Below are positions 1 through 12,900 of a DNA stretch of 35,972 nucleotides, in pieces. The notes under the pieces were generated by a model. That model saw nothing but the letters and a program-made list of their open reading frames with translations. It was not told the origin of the DNA and ran no database searches. A program made the translations under genes and the position numbers. The stretch comes from Macrostomum lignano (taxonomy: Eukaryota), in NCBI GenBank assembly GCA_002269645.1, contig NIVC01003861.1, positions 1-35,972 on the forward strand. The letters run 5' to 3'. The first letter of the stretch is position 1; the number at the start of each line of letters is the position of its first letter.

Positions 1-135
1 CACGCGGGTCAATAGACTGGAATCCAATTGCTCGGAGGCTGCTACCCATCCAGTTGGAGTTCCAAGTGGCTGACTGATGGAGCATTTTAGAGCATTCAGG
101 CCCGCTGTCTCATTCCACTCATCCAAACTCTGCAG

Positions 136-483
136 CCGTGGTCGCGGCGAAGACGGCGGTCGCGGCGGCGACGGCGCCGCGGCCTGAACGGCGAGGACGG
201 CGAGGCGGAGAGGACGGGCACTCCTTCCACCTGCTGCTGTCGGGCAACCCCGCCTCGCTTCGCGTGTCCGGCGGCGGCCTGGAGGAGGACTGCGTGGACA
301 TGGGCCGCGACGCCATCATCTTCGCCGACTTGCACGGCGGCCGCGGCGGCCGGGCGCGTGCCGGCGGTTGCGGCGGCCACGGTGGACGAGGCGGCGGCGG
401 CGGACCCGGCGGCCGAGGCGAGGAGAGCCGCTCCGGCGAGGGCGCCGCGGCGGAGACGGCGGCTGCGGCGGCAACGCGGAACG
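136..483 (+). CDS. Gly-rich coding exon, probably the first visible exon of the 6945-14607 gene (5' part outside window)
   Basis: Acceptor ctgcag|C at 135/136 and donor AACG|GTGAGT at 483/484. Reads RGRGEDGGRGGDG(G)RGLNGEDG..GGEDGHSFHLLLSGNPASLRVSGGGLEEDCVDMGRDAIIFADLHGGRGG..., strongly C/G-ending codons. Four single-base losses (~176, ~205, ~443, ~476) restore a continuous GGx pattern and a phase-0 end matching exon 6945. The link to 6945 is inferred. Confidence 0.7.
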
Positions 484-2019
484 GTGAGTGAAATGCTGGA
501 CCGCTTTGCCGGGAAGAAGATGCAGAGGAGTTAAATGAGGAGGAAAGCAAGCAAGCACTGGAATGTACCCAAGTAGGGGGTCATTGCACTGAGCGAGACA
601 CTCAATTTTAGCCGAAAGAAGAAGCCAGAAGCGTCACTGGCAGCAGAGTGCGGGCTGGCGGGCCTGATCAGGCCGACATTCCCAGCAGCAGGGGAGCTGT
701 CAGCGGCCTGCCGAATGCCCCTGCCGACTGTTTGCTTTATTATTCGTGAACTGCGTGGCTGCATGATGCGGCAGCTGAGTCACTCCCGCTCTGCCACCCA
801 CTCCGCGGCCACCCGACCCGATGACGGACGACTTTCCGAGTCAAGCAGAGAGATTACTGTTTGCATTGAATTAGCCCGCCAGCCGGGAGTGAAGGCGCGG
901 CCGACCCTTTGATGGCCGGCAGTCATGTGTTGCCTGTTTGATAGCAAATTGAGCGGCAGTTCAGCGACTTCCTTTCCAATCGACACATCTGCTTGCCACA
1001 TTACTTACAGCAGCAGATTTGCCTACAATGCCTACTTGGCTACTTGTGAGTAGTCTGCTTTAGGCATGCTGTACTAAAATTACTTCAATCGAAATAAATT
1101 TGAAGCCTGGTCAGCATCGTCTCCTGGCTTGATGCCAGTTTCGCCGCCACGGTGGCGCACGTTGCATTGAAGTTCAGCTCTGCTAGGGCCTCCCATGAGT
1201 AGGTGCACGAGCTTCAATTCTGTCACTACAAGGGGAACTGGTTGGCTTTTTTCATATCGCCCCCTCCCTCTAAACTTCTGCTGCGGAAATCTTCCGTGTC
1301 AAGTTATGCAGCAGCACAGCTGGGATGCGGATAAGGAGAGGCCAGTTGTCAGGCGTCTTCTGGCTGCGATGCCACCACTGACGGCCCATGCAGCGGGCGA
1401 GAAACCCGAACCCTGTGCCTCAGTTATCCCCCCCCAGGCAGCATTGGCTTGCGGGTCTTGGTTAAGCTTAAACGATAGCAACTTCTCCCAGCCTCTGCCT
1501 GTGCAGTGCAAGCCGCTCCCCCCGCATATCCCGCGCCCGTGTTTTCGCCATTGCCCCCCCCCCGACCGGCACTCGAGCCACCGTCGAACCCTATACTGCG
1601 CGCTGCCCCGGGACGGTGCGCGCTTCAAGCTTTTACGAGCTAAAATGGAATGCCTCCTCCCTGCGCCTGCGCCTGTCTCTCCCCCGCTCCCTCCTTCCTC
1701 CCCTCCCCCGGACTGTCGCTCGATATTGCAGCTTCGAAGTTCCAGTCTTGGCGTTCGCCAGCGCACGGAGGCCTGCAGAGGGTGCCGCATTCGCTCTCCA
1801 GCCCGGGCCTCTCGTCGTCTCGGTTATTGGCGCGCTGGAGGGGGGGGGTGCACTCCGCCAGCCAACCCCCCCTCTCTTCAGCGTCTCTCCGACGCTGGCG
1901 GCCATTTATTTTCGGGGGCAGTTCAGGCCGGCCCCGCGCCAAGCTTGCCCAGCCTCGCTCTGTGTCTGCCCTGCTCGGCGCGGAGGGCTCGCAGGTAAAA
2001 AAACGTTAGGGAATAAACA

Positions 2020-3668
2020 ATGACTACTAAGCTGCAGCACCACCTGGTGCATCCGCATCACCAGCACGACAAGACGGACAGCAACATCGCTTCATTCGGC
2101 GGCACCGTCACCACCACGTTGTCGGCGGCCGAGGGCTCCGGCCTGCGCTCAGTGGAGAAGAACGCCGTGCTGACGGAGCAGCTGGGCGGCAACCAGCAGC
2201 ACCTGCTGCTGCGCACAGCGTCGGCTCCGACGCCGCCTCCGGCACCAGCACCGGCGGCACCGGCGACTCCGGCAGCGTCGACGATGATGCTCTGTCAGCC
2301 GCGTCTGGCGTCAGCAGCGGCGTCTCCACCGACTCGGCCGAGATGCTCGAGCGGCGTCTTCTGCTTCAACGGCAGCAGCTTCTTCTTCAGCAGCAGCAGC
2401 AACTGCAGCAGCAGCTTCAGCAGCAGCATCAGCACCAGCAGCAGAGTGAGCGGTTCGCCAGCCTGCTGACTGTGGAGCGAGGCCCGGCTACCTGGACCAG
2501 TCATGCCCAGGTAAACTTCAGGTACCGCAGCGACCGGCTGTACTACCTGGACAGCGCCAGCCGCCTGCACGGCCCCATGGACCAGCGGGAGCAGTGCCAG
2601 GTGGCCTCCGTGCGCCGATACGTCAGCCGGAGCAGCAGCAGCCAGCCGCCTGTGGCCACCCGCAGCCACCACCGCACGATGCACACTGTACAGACGGCAG
2701 CTGCCGGCCCGCCGCGCTCCGGCGCCGCGGCAGCCACTTCAAGCGGCTTCGTCAGCAGCGCCACTGGCGGCCTCGACGATGGCATTCTGCTGCTGGAGCG
2801 GCGGCTTACCTCCCAGAGCCAGCACCAGCACCAGCACCATCAGCTGCCATACTCCCGGGTGCAGGTCAACCGCTACGACGACTGGAACTCCGGCCCGGCA
2901 CCGATGCCCCGGTCGTACAGCCAGCAGCTGGACTACGGCGCCGGCTTCCGGCGTCAGCGTAGCCACCGCGACCAGCCGGTGCACCAGCAGCACCACTCCT
3001 ACCACCGCCAGCACCAGCAGTTCCGAGGCCGCCAGCACAGCAACCCGGTTCGACGCCCGCCTGGAGCACCTGAGCGGTCGCTTAACGACGCCATGGAGTC
3101 GATCCGGCGCCAGACTTCAGTTCAGAGCAGCAGCAGACGCCAGTCGCATCACCACCAGCACCATCAGCACCACGGCGGCCGGCCGCAGAATCAGCAGCAC
3201 CTGTACATCGCCAGCGAGCACCAAGACTCGGCAGAGCTGAACCGTCGCTTCAGCTCCGAGCCGCCGTTCGAGTTCCGCTACAGCCAGCGCACCATGACGC
3301 ACGAGCCGCCGCAGGTGACGGAGGAGGTCGAGACCACCACGCTGCAGCCGATTGGCCGTGGCATCCACGACCTCGGAAGCGGCAGCAGGGTGATCGCCAC
3401 TCAGGTGCAGCAGCAGCAGCAGCAGTACAGCCTCACCGAGCAGCGAGGGACGGTCGGCCGTGTCAGCCGGCTGGCGGTGCGGCCGCCTGAGGCCGGCGCT
3501 CGCAGCCTCAGCGCCAACCGGAACGCCACGCTGCGGGCCTCCACGCCCGTGTCGCCGAAGCCGCTGACTGTCGGCGGCAGTGGCGGCGGCGGAGGTGGCG
3601 GCTTCTCCCGCGGGCGCCATCTGTCGGGCAACACCCAGCAGCAGCGGGAGTTCACGCAGGTCTACTGA
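2020..3668 (+). CDS. Intronless low-complexity Gln/His/Ser-rich protein (~550 aa), function unknown; one apparent frameshift near 2212
   Basis: ORF 2020-2469 and ORF 2343-3668 overlap. GC3 codon bias switches frame at ...CTG CTG CG/CAC AGC GTC GGC TCC GAC..., so one missing base joins them (LLL[R]HSVGSDAASGTSTGG...SAEMLERRLLLQ...EFTQVY*). AATAAA at 3889 and 3985 downstream. Confidence 0.7.
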
Positions 3669-4514
3669 CCTGGCCTGACCTTCGGACCTGACCCGGCTCG
3701 ACCTGACCTGACCTGGACATCCTGACCCGACCTCGCTGAACTACCTGACTCCAGTGCTGCTATGATCAGTCTATTATGAGCGCTTGCAGTCAAAGCTCTC
3801 ACTGGCCCGCTACTAAGAACAGGGAGAGCAAAGCCGACCAGTTCCTGTCTGCGCCTGTTGGCGATCTGAATGCCCAGCCCAGTACAATAATAAACCAAGG
3901 ATGGCGGCAGACCTGGAATATTTATACCCAACAGTTTACAGCCTGCGCTTCACTCTATTATATTATTATTACTAATCACTTACTAATAAACCCATATATG
4001 CAATATTGACAGCGGCTTTGCTATCGCGTGGTGCTGGTGTTTATTTTTCTCACGCGAAATAATTGTGCGCTAATTAGCTAATTAATAATTAATTGAAACC
4101 GCCCTCTTTCTCTGACGCTCCTGCGCTGCTTTACACAATGTACTTTTTTCTAGCAAATAGACTTTGATATCTGCTAATCTCCCAAGCTGGCTTCTTGTGT
4201 CGCTTTGCCGGTTTTGTCAGACATCAGAATTCGAGCCCGGGACCACCGCTATCGACCGTTTCTCTTCTGTTTAGTGACTATATTAACTATAATGTATGCT
4301 TGTGCTTTGGCTGCCACCTGCGCTAGTCAGTTAAAGTTCGTTGACTTTCTGTCTGAGTATGTCTGGGTGTGCGAAAAATAAACGAATAAAAATTGAACGA
4401 GTTGAGCACTTTTTGAGCATCCTGCTGTGTATTTTTTATCTATTCTTTCGTTTCCAGCACTTGCGAGCGAGGCGCAAATTCAGCTGTGCTCCAACTTCAG
4501 TTTTGTGTGGCGGC

Positions 4515-6681
4515 TTCATTCTTGAGACACCTGTAGGGATCGAGTATGTGGAGCTTCATTCATTTTTGAGACACCTGTAGGCATCGAGTATGTGGAGCTT
4601 CATTCATTCTTGAGACACCTGTAGGCATCGAGCATGTGGAGCTTAATTCATTCTGTAGACACCTGTAGGCATCGAGCATGTGGAGCTTTATTCTGTAGAC
4701 ACCTGTAGGCATCGAGTATGTGGAGCTTCATTCATTCTTGAGACACCTGTAGGCATCGAGTATGTGGAGCTTCATTCATTCTTGAGACACCTGTAGGCAT
4801 CGAGTATGTGGAGCTTCATTCATTCTTGAGACACCTGTAGGCATCGAGCATGTGGAGCTTCATTCATTCTTGAGACACCTGTAGGCATCGAGCATGTGGA
4901 GCTTCATTTATTCTTGAGACACCTGTAGGCATCGAGTATGTGGAGCTTTATTCATTCTTGAGACACCTGTAGGCATCGAGTATGTGGAGCTTCATTCATT
5001 CTTGAGACACCTGTAGGCATCGAGTATGTGGAGCTTCATTCATTCTTGAGACACTGTAGGCATCGAGTATGTGGAGCTTCATTCATTCTTGAGACACCTG
5101 TAGGCATCGAGTATGTGGAGCTTCATTCATTCTTGAGACACCTGTAGGCATCGAGCATGTGGAGCTTCATTCATTCTTGAGACACCTGTAGCATCGAGTA
5201 TGTGAGCTTCATTCATTCTGAGACACCTGTAGGCATCGAGTATGTGGAGCTTCATTCATTCTTGAAGACACCTGTAGGCATCGAGTATGTGGAGCTTCAT
5301 TCATTCTTGAGACACCTGTAGGCATCGAGTATGTGGAGCTTTATTCATTCTTGAGACACCTGTAGGCATCGAGTATGTGGAGCTTCATTCATTCTTGAGA
5401 CACCTGTAGGCATCGAGCATGTGGAGCTTATTCATTCTTGAGACACCTGTAGGCATCGAGCATGTGGAGCTTCATTCATTCTTGAGACACCTGTAGGCAT
5501 CGAGTATGTGGAAGCTTCATTCATTCTTGAGACACCTGTAGGCATCGAGTATGTGAGCTTCATTCATTCTTGAGACACCTGTAGGCATCGAGCATGTGGA
5601 GCTTCATTCATTCTTGAGACACCTGTAGGCATCGAGCATGTGAGCTTCATTCATTCTTGAGACACCTGTAGGCCATCGAGTATGTGGAGCTTCATTCATT
5701 CTTGAGACACCTGTAGGCATCGAGTATGTGGAGCTTCATTCAATTCTTGAGACACCTGTAGGCATCGAGCATGTGGAGCTTCATTCATTCTTGAGACACC
5801 TGTAGGCATCGAGCATGTGGAGCTTCATTCATTCTTGAGACACCTGTAGGCATCGAGTATGTGGAGCTTCATTCATTCTTGAGACACCTGTAGGCATCGA
5901 GCATGTGGAGCTTCATTCATTCTTGAGACACCTGTAGGCATCGAGCATGTGGAGCTTCATTCATTCTTGAGACACCTGTAGGCATCGAGCATGTGGAGCT
6001 TCATTCATTCTTGAGACACCTGTAGGCATCGAGCATGTGGAGCTTCATTCATTCTTGAGACACCTGTAGGCATCGAGTATGTGGAGCTTCATTCATTCTT
6101 GAGACACCTGTAGGCATCGAGTATGTGGAGCTTCATTCATTCTTGAGACACCTGTAGGCATCGAGCATGTGGAGCTTCATTCATTCTTGAGACACCTGTA
6201 GGCATCGAGCATGTGGAGCTTCATTCATTCTTGAGACACCTGTAGGCATCGAGCATGTGGAGCTTCATTCATTCTTGAGACACCTGTAGGCATCGAGCAT
6301 GTGGAGCTTCATTCATTCTTGAGACACCTGTAGGCATCGAGTATGTGGAGCTTCATTCATTCTTGAGACACCTGTAGGCATCGAGCATGTGGAGCTTCAT
6401 TCATTCTTGAGACACCTGTAGGCATCGAGCATGTGGAGCTTCATTCATTCTTGAGACACCTGTAGGCATCGAGCATGTGGAGCTTCATTCATTCTTGAGA
6501 CACCTGTAAGCATCGAGCATGTGGAGCTTCATTCATTCTTGAGACACCTGTAAGCATCGAGCATGTGGAGCTTCATTCATTCTTGAGACACCTGTAGGCA
6601 TCGAGCATGTGGAGCTTCATTTATTCTTGAGACACCTGTAAGCATCGAGCATGTGGAGCTTCATTCTGTAGACACCTGTAG
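4515..6681. repeat. 44-nt minisatellite (GAGACACCTGTAGGCATCGAGYATGTGGAGCTTCATTCATTCTT), ~49 copies
   Basis: Direct head-to-tail repeats with no spacers. Confidence 0.97.
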
Positions 6682-6944
6682 TCCCGCAGCCAGCAGCCCT
6701 CCTGCAGTGATCGTTTAATTATTTATTGCAAAGGCACCTGCAGCCTCTTCCATGCATCCAGTTAAATAAAATAAGATCTCTGTAAACCAATTATGAGCCC
6801 TGGCCCAAAGAGCTTTCAACAGAATTCAAGAAAAACATATTTAATTTTAATGCCGAACTTTTAATGCCGATTTTGGGGTGTCAGTTGATATCGTAAATTT
6901 GAGTGCCACTGGAGTCGCATCGAATCCTTTGTTATTGATTACAG

Positions 6945-9900
6945 GGCGGCAACGGCGGCTGCGGCGGCCCTGGCGGCAACGGCGGCAACGGCGGCCGCCT
7001 GCTGATCACCGCCGACAATCCCTGCCTGCTCATGCTGGTCGAGGCCGACCTGCGCGGCGGTGACTCCGGCAGCGGTGGCGACCTCGGCCCGCCCGGCTCA
7101 GGCGGCGCCGCTGGCGTCGGCGGCCGGCCCGGCTTCGGCGGCGGAGGCGGCGGTGGCGGCGTGCCGGGCCTGGGCGGCGTTGGCCGGACCGACTCGGACG
7201 CGAACTTGGCGGCGGCGGCCGCCTGCGGCATGGCTGTCCCGGCTCTGCCGGGGTGCGCGGCCAGCAGGGCAAGGCGGGCGTGGCCGGACTGGCGGGGCCG
7301 GGCGGGCAGCCGGGCAAGCCGGGCTACGTTATCTGGTCCGTGATCGACCCGTCCACAGGCGAGGTCACCTGCCGCACCCAGCGTCGTTACGATGTTGTTG
7401 TTGAGCAGTACGAAGTGGCCTCGCTGTCGCAGGACCCGGAGTTCTTCTTCCCCAGCGCCCAGGTGGTGGTCACCAACGTCCGCCTGCGCAACCGCGGCGG
7501 CATGGCGCTGCCCTGCGGCGCCGTTCTGAGCTTCGCCTCCACCGACAGCCTGGCGATGCGCAAGTCGGAGACCTTCACCTTGCCGAAGGTGAGCGGCTGA
7601 CCTCGGCTCGTGTACTTGTAGGAGGGTAGGAGGGTTCTGTGGGCATCCGGCGCTGAGGCAGTTTGCACATTCCGCTGGCTCCTGCAGAATACTGTACGCA
7701 TGAACACTCTCTGCGGCTGCGGCATCAAAATTAGCTCTGCTCTGCCCCCCCCCCCAGTTAATTACCCTGGCATTTTAATCTTCTAAATGATTTTTCCTGT
7801 CTAATTATCTATGAAATTACCTGGGCATGCACTCTCACCGGCTGGGCTGTCTCTCTGCGCAGATGCAGTTTCGGTACCCTCGCTGATTGGCAGCAGCCCC
7901 CGGCTTGTGCTTTCCCTGTACGCAGTTGTCGCTTGGCCTGCGGGTTGCAGTCTGGCCGTCTTGCAGCTCTGCTTGGTGGGTCTTCGGTCCTCCTGTGTGC
8001 CACAGAGCTTCTGCGCCTGCTTTGGATCAGGCAGTGGGGTGGCGCTTGTTGCTGCTGCACTCTAATGGTGCAGGTCGGGGCCGCGGCTGCAATTAATGAA
8101 TTCGCTTCTAAATAACCCTCAACTTATCATAGATGTCTTTTTATCCAGAAGCGTCTAGAGCTCATGACTTCATTCAATATTCATCACTGGGCTCTGATCA
8201 CAGCATTCTGTGCCAGTCTGTCCTGACCCCAGTATTCTGACACTTCAGGCATTCTGACCTAAACCTTCTGACACCCAGTCTAGCCTGACCTAAACTTTCA
8301 GTCACCCAGCCTGGCCTGACCTAAACCTTCTGACACCCAGCCTGGCCTGACCTAAACCTACTGACACCCAGCCTGGCCTGACCTAAACTTTCAGTCACCC
8401 AGCCTGGCCTGACCTAAACCTTCTGACACCCAGCCTGGCCTGACCTAAACCTTCTGACACCCAGTCTGGCCTGACCTAAACTTTCAGTCACCCAGCCTGG
8501 CCTGACCTAAACCTTCTGACACCCAGCCTGGCCTGACCTAAACCTTCTGACACCCAGCCTGGCCTGACCTAAACTTTCAGTCACCCAGTCTGGCCTGACC
8601 TAAACCTTCTGACACCCAGCCTGGCCTGACCTAAACCTTCTGACACCCAGTCTGGCCTGACCTAAACCTTCTGTCAACAAGTCTGACGTGACCTAAACCT
8701 ACTGACACCCAACCCAGCCTGACCTGACCTAAGTCGTCCATCTAAGGTACTTTCAAATGCCGCAGCCCACCCCTCTGTCGCACCCGCAGCTGGAGCCGAA
8801 CGAGCAGTACACAGTGACGGCCCTGTTCCACGGCCGCCTGTCTGACGTGCCAACTCCGAACGAGCCGGTGCGCTACGAGGGCGAAGCGGAAATCCGGCCG
8901 ACAGTCAGCCTGGTTGGCAGGCAGTTCACCGGGGTGAGTGGCCAGGCCGACTGCTTCCATGCATTCCCTACACCTCTCCCTGCATTCCCTACACCTCTCC
9001 CTGCATTCCCTACACCTCTCCCTGCATTCCCTACACCTCTCTGCGATTGCAGAGTTAGGAGAGAAGAGATCTAAAATCCTTTTCCTTTCTCTAAGTGTTT
9101 CGTTGGCTCCATACTTGCTACATTTTCCCAGAATTTATTCCGCTGTTATCGTGTGTTTATGATCACCAGGGGCTCCCCAGCCTTCACAGAATCCACTTTC
9201 AGTTTTGCTTATCCGCCTCATCTCAGCCTCCCCTGTCACGCCCCCGATTGCCCCCAATGCGCACTCAGGTCGGCTGCACTCGCAAAGTTCGAATCCGGCA
9301 CCCGGTGGTTCTGTCTGCCGTTAACCTGCCGCCGCAGATGGGCCGCGGCGAGCAGTACTGCGTTAATATTGAGGTGAGCTGCTGCTGCTGCTGGGTTCAC
9401 TCTACTCGTGTGTGAGCTCATTCTACTCGTGTGTGAGCTCATTCTACTCGTTTGTGAGCTCATTCTACCCGTGTGTGAGCTCACTCTACCCGTGTGTGAG
9501 CTCATTCTACCCGTGTGTGAGCTCATTCTATCCGTGTGTGAGCTCATTCTATCCGTGTGTGAGCTCATTCTACCCGTGTGTGAGCTCATTCTACTCGTGT
9601 GTGAGCTCATTCTACTCGTGTGTGAGCTCATTCTACTCGTTTGTGAGCTCATTCTACCCGTGTGTGAGCTCATTCTACCCGTGTGTGAGCTCATTCTATC
9701 CGTGTGTGAGCTCCCTATAGATGCATTGCTTTCAGTTCTTTTATTATGCTGTCATTACATTCTCATATCTAGTTTTAATTGAATCCTTTAATCGGCATCT
9801 TCTTCACCATCCCGCAACAGGTGACCAACCAGTCGGCCTTCAATTTTGTCGCACCCGAAGACGCCGCCGCGGCCACCACCACCTGCTCCTGCGAGGTCGA

Positions 9901-12900
9901 GCTGCGCATCCGCCTGGACCGGCGCATGCTGGTGGCAGCCGCCGAACCGACCGGCAGCGGCGGCGACCTCGGCGACCCCGGCTACGTGCTGAAGTTCCAC
10001 CCAGACCTCAAGGACACCGTGTACGTTGGCATCCGCAATCTGCCGGCCAAGTCCAGTCTGGTAGTTCGCTTCCCCATGCTGCTGGAGGACAAGGCGGAGC
10101 TGTTTGATCACGTGCTGTGCCAGGTGGAGCTGTACATGGTGAGTGCGGGTTTTTTATGGGTTATGAGGATGTGGTGTCTGCACCTGTGTCTACAGTGTTG
10201 GGATTGAGGATGTGGTGTCTGCACCTGTGTCTACAGTGTTGGGATTGAGGATGTGGTGTCTGCACCTGTGTCTACAGGTGTTGGGATTGAGGATGTGGTG
10301 TCTGCACCTGTGTCTACAGGTGTTGGGATTGAGGATGTGGTGTCTGCACCTGTGTCTACAGTGTTGGGATTGAGGATGTGGTGTCTGCACCTGTGTCTAC
10401 AGGTGTTGGGATTGAGGATGTGGTGTCTGCACCTGTGTCTACAGGTGTTGGGATTGAGGATGTGGTGTCTGCACCTGTGTCTACAGGTGTTGGGATTGAG
10501 GATGTGGTGTCTGCACCTGTGTCTACAGGTGTTGGGATTGAGGATGTGGTGTCTGCACCTGTGTCTACAGGTGTTGGGATTGAGGATGTGGTGTCTGCAC
10601 CTGTGTCTACAGGTGTTGGGATTGAGGATGTGGTGTCTGCACCTGTGTCTACAGGTGTTGGGATTGACGAAATGATGTCTGCATCCCTATTACAGTTAAA
10701 GAGGTCGTAAAGGTGGTTAAAGAGGTCGGACTATCCTTCAAGTTATAAATAAATCATAATTCTGAGCATTGGATATTCCCACTCGCGTCAATTACATCCT
10801 CACAGCACGGCAAGCTGGTTGAGTACTGCTCCAACACGGTGCGCGTCGCGCCCTACTTTGTGGTCCGTGACCCGCCCGGCGACGCGCTGTTCGTCACGGG
10901 CCGCGGCACCACCCGCAGCAGCTTCCTGCAGTGGCAGTGCCTGCTGGAGACCCTCCACCTGGACGTGGACTTCTGGGACACGGAGCGCTACGAAGGCTTC
11001 AGCTTCTTCCGCGACACCGGCCTGCGTCACGAGGTGACTTGGGTTGACCGCTACGGGGACCGCCTGCTCATTGTGCCAGACTACCGGCCCGAGCTGGTCT
11101 GCGGCCTCGACCTCGCCCGCCACTTCACCCTGGCCGCCAGGCTGGGTGACTCCGCCGCGCTGCTCATCGCCGGTGACCGCGCGCCGCTCGCCCGCCTGGT
11201 GGCTTCGCTGGCCGCCGAGCCCGCCAAGCCGCGGCTGGCCTACGGCTGCTCCGGCCGGCTGCTGCATCCCCTCAGCTGCGTCGGCGCCGACCGCGAAGAG
11301 GCCGTCAGAGAGAAGCGAATCCGCCGAATCCTCCGCGACCTCAACGCCGATTCGGCCGCCTCCGCCGCCGCCACCTCCGCCGCCGCTGTCCTCTACCGCC
11401 GGCAAGACGTTGAGATTCGCCGCGTCGGCTGCTGCCGCTGGAGCTACGGCGAGGCCGAATTCCGGCGCCTCGGCCTGCCGAGGACGGCCCGCCTCGCCTT
11501 TCTGGAGTTGCCGGACGGCGAGCCGCTCGAGTGCTGCCCGGCCGCCGCCTCCGTACCGATTGCCTCGCCGTGGGCGCAGGTGAGGCCGATGGGTCGAGAA
11601 CTTCGAAATAGCGCTTCTATAGAATCAGGCAATTCTGAAACCCATTGAAACAATCTGTGTCCTTGAGTAGGATACTCAACTCTGCATTGCTTCAGTTCAC
11701 CCGGCTGTAAAATGGGTGCCAGCATTAGCTGGGGTAATTGAGAGTGTGGTGACCTCCCAGTCCATGGACTGAATAGCCGTACGCAGCCTTCAGATGCACC
11801 GCGCAATAGCTGCGGCTGAGCTGTCGGTTGCAGGTCTGGCCCGATTGGGGGGCAGGTGTAATCAATCATTATTATTACAAATCTAGACTTTTAAATGTTG
11901 CAACCACCGATCTGTAAGACCAGACTCCTACCTGGGGAAAAATCGCTGCAGTGGACACGGACCGGCTCACGGAACGCCCTCTCCCCCCCCCCCCCCCAGC
12001 TGTACCTGATCTGCCTGTCCCTGCTGCCCAGCTGCTCCCGGCGGAAGCTCTACAACCTCAAGCCGCTCAGGCCGCCTTCGACTGTTTCCGCGGCGGCAGA
12101 CAACGAAGATGACGACGGCGGAGTTCTGTTTGCGCTGCCGTGGGGCGACACGCTGGAGCTGCCGCTGCTGGCCGCCATGTCGGTGCAGGCCTACCTCAGC
12201 GATGAGATCAGCGACTCCATGCGGGTTCGTCCGACTGCTGCTTTGCTGTGCCCGTGCACCTGTGCGTGTCTGCTGTGCCTGTCTGTGTGGATCCGTGTGT
12301 CTGCTGTGCCTGTCTGTGTGGATCTGTGTGTCTGCTGTGCCTGTCTGTGTGGATCTGTGTGTCTGCTGTGCCTGTCTGTGTGGATCCGTGTGTCTGCTGT
12401 GCCTGTTTGTGTGGATCCGTGTGTCTGCTGTGCCTGTTTGTGTGGATCCGTGTGTCTGCTGTGCCTGTTTGTGTGGATCCGTGTGTCTGCTGTGCCTGTT
12501 TGTGTGGATCCGTGTGTCTGCTGTGCCTGTCTGTGTGGATCCGTGTGTCTGCTGTGCCTGTTTGTGTGGATCCGTGTGTCTGGTGTGCGAGTGTCTGGCT
12601 ACCTGTGTTTCGCACTCGTTTGTCGAGTGTGTCAGTCTCCCTGTGTCAATATTTCTTCAATCTCTTGTCCTTCCTTTTTTTCTGTATGTTGCTTATTCGC
12701 GCCCAACCAAGGTCGGGTAAAATATTCCTCTTCAAAATCTTTTTGAAATCATACAAGGTAAATATAGTTCCAAGGTGTGTACTTTTAGGCATCGAAATTC
12801 AAGTGCAAGACGCCGTCACGCCCGCTGTTCCCTTCAATCTGACGCCACCTCACCAATTCAAACATTGCCCGTGTTTTGCAAGCGAAAGCAAATGACATCT

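Noticed and set aside
1195-2023. ORFs 1195-1998, 1616-2023 and 1650-2009
   Set aside because: No GC3 bias or recognisable domain; more likely promoter or 5' region of the 2020 ORF.
4515-6681. CRISPR-like array of ~44-nt repeats
   Set aside because: Units are contiguous with no unique spacers, no cas genes are present, and the context is a eukaryotic intron.
7809-8115. Overlapping short ORFs in intron 7589-8789, and ORF 20974-21156, as TE fragments
   Set aside because: No recognisable RT, transposase or integrase motif.
9286-9296. B-box-like GTTCGAATCC (also GGTTCGAATC at ~23654 and TTCGAGCCC at ~4230)
   Set aside because: The first two lie within coding exons; none has an A box or cloverleaf, so no tRNA is called.
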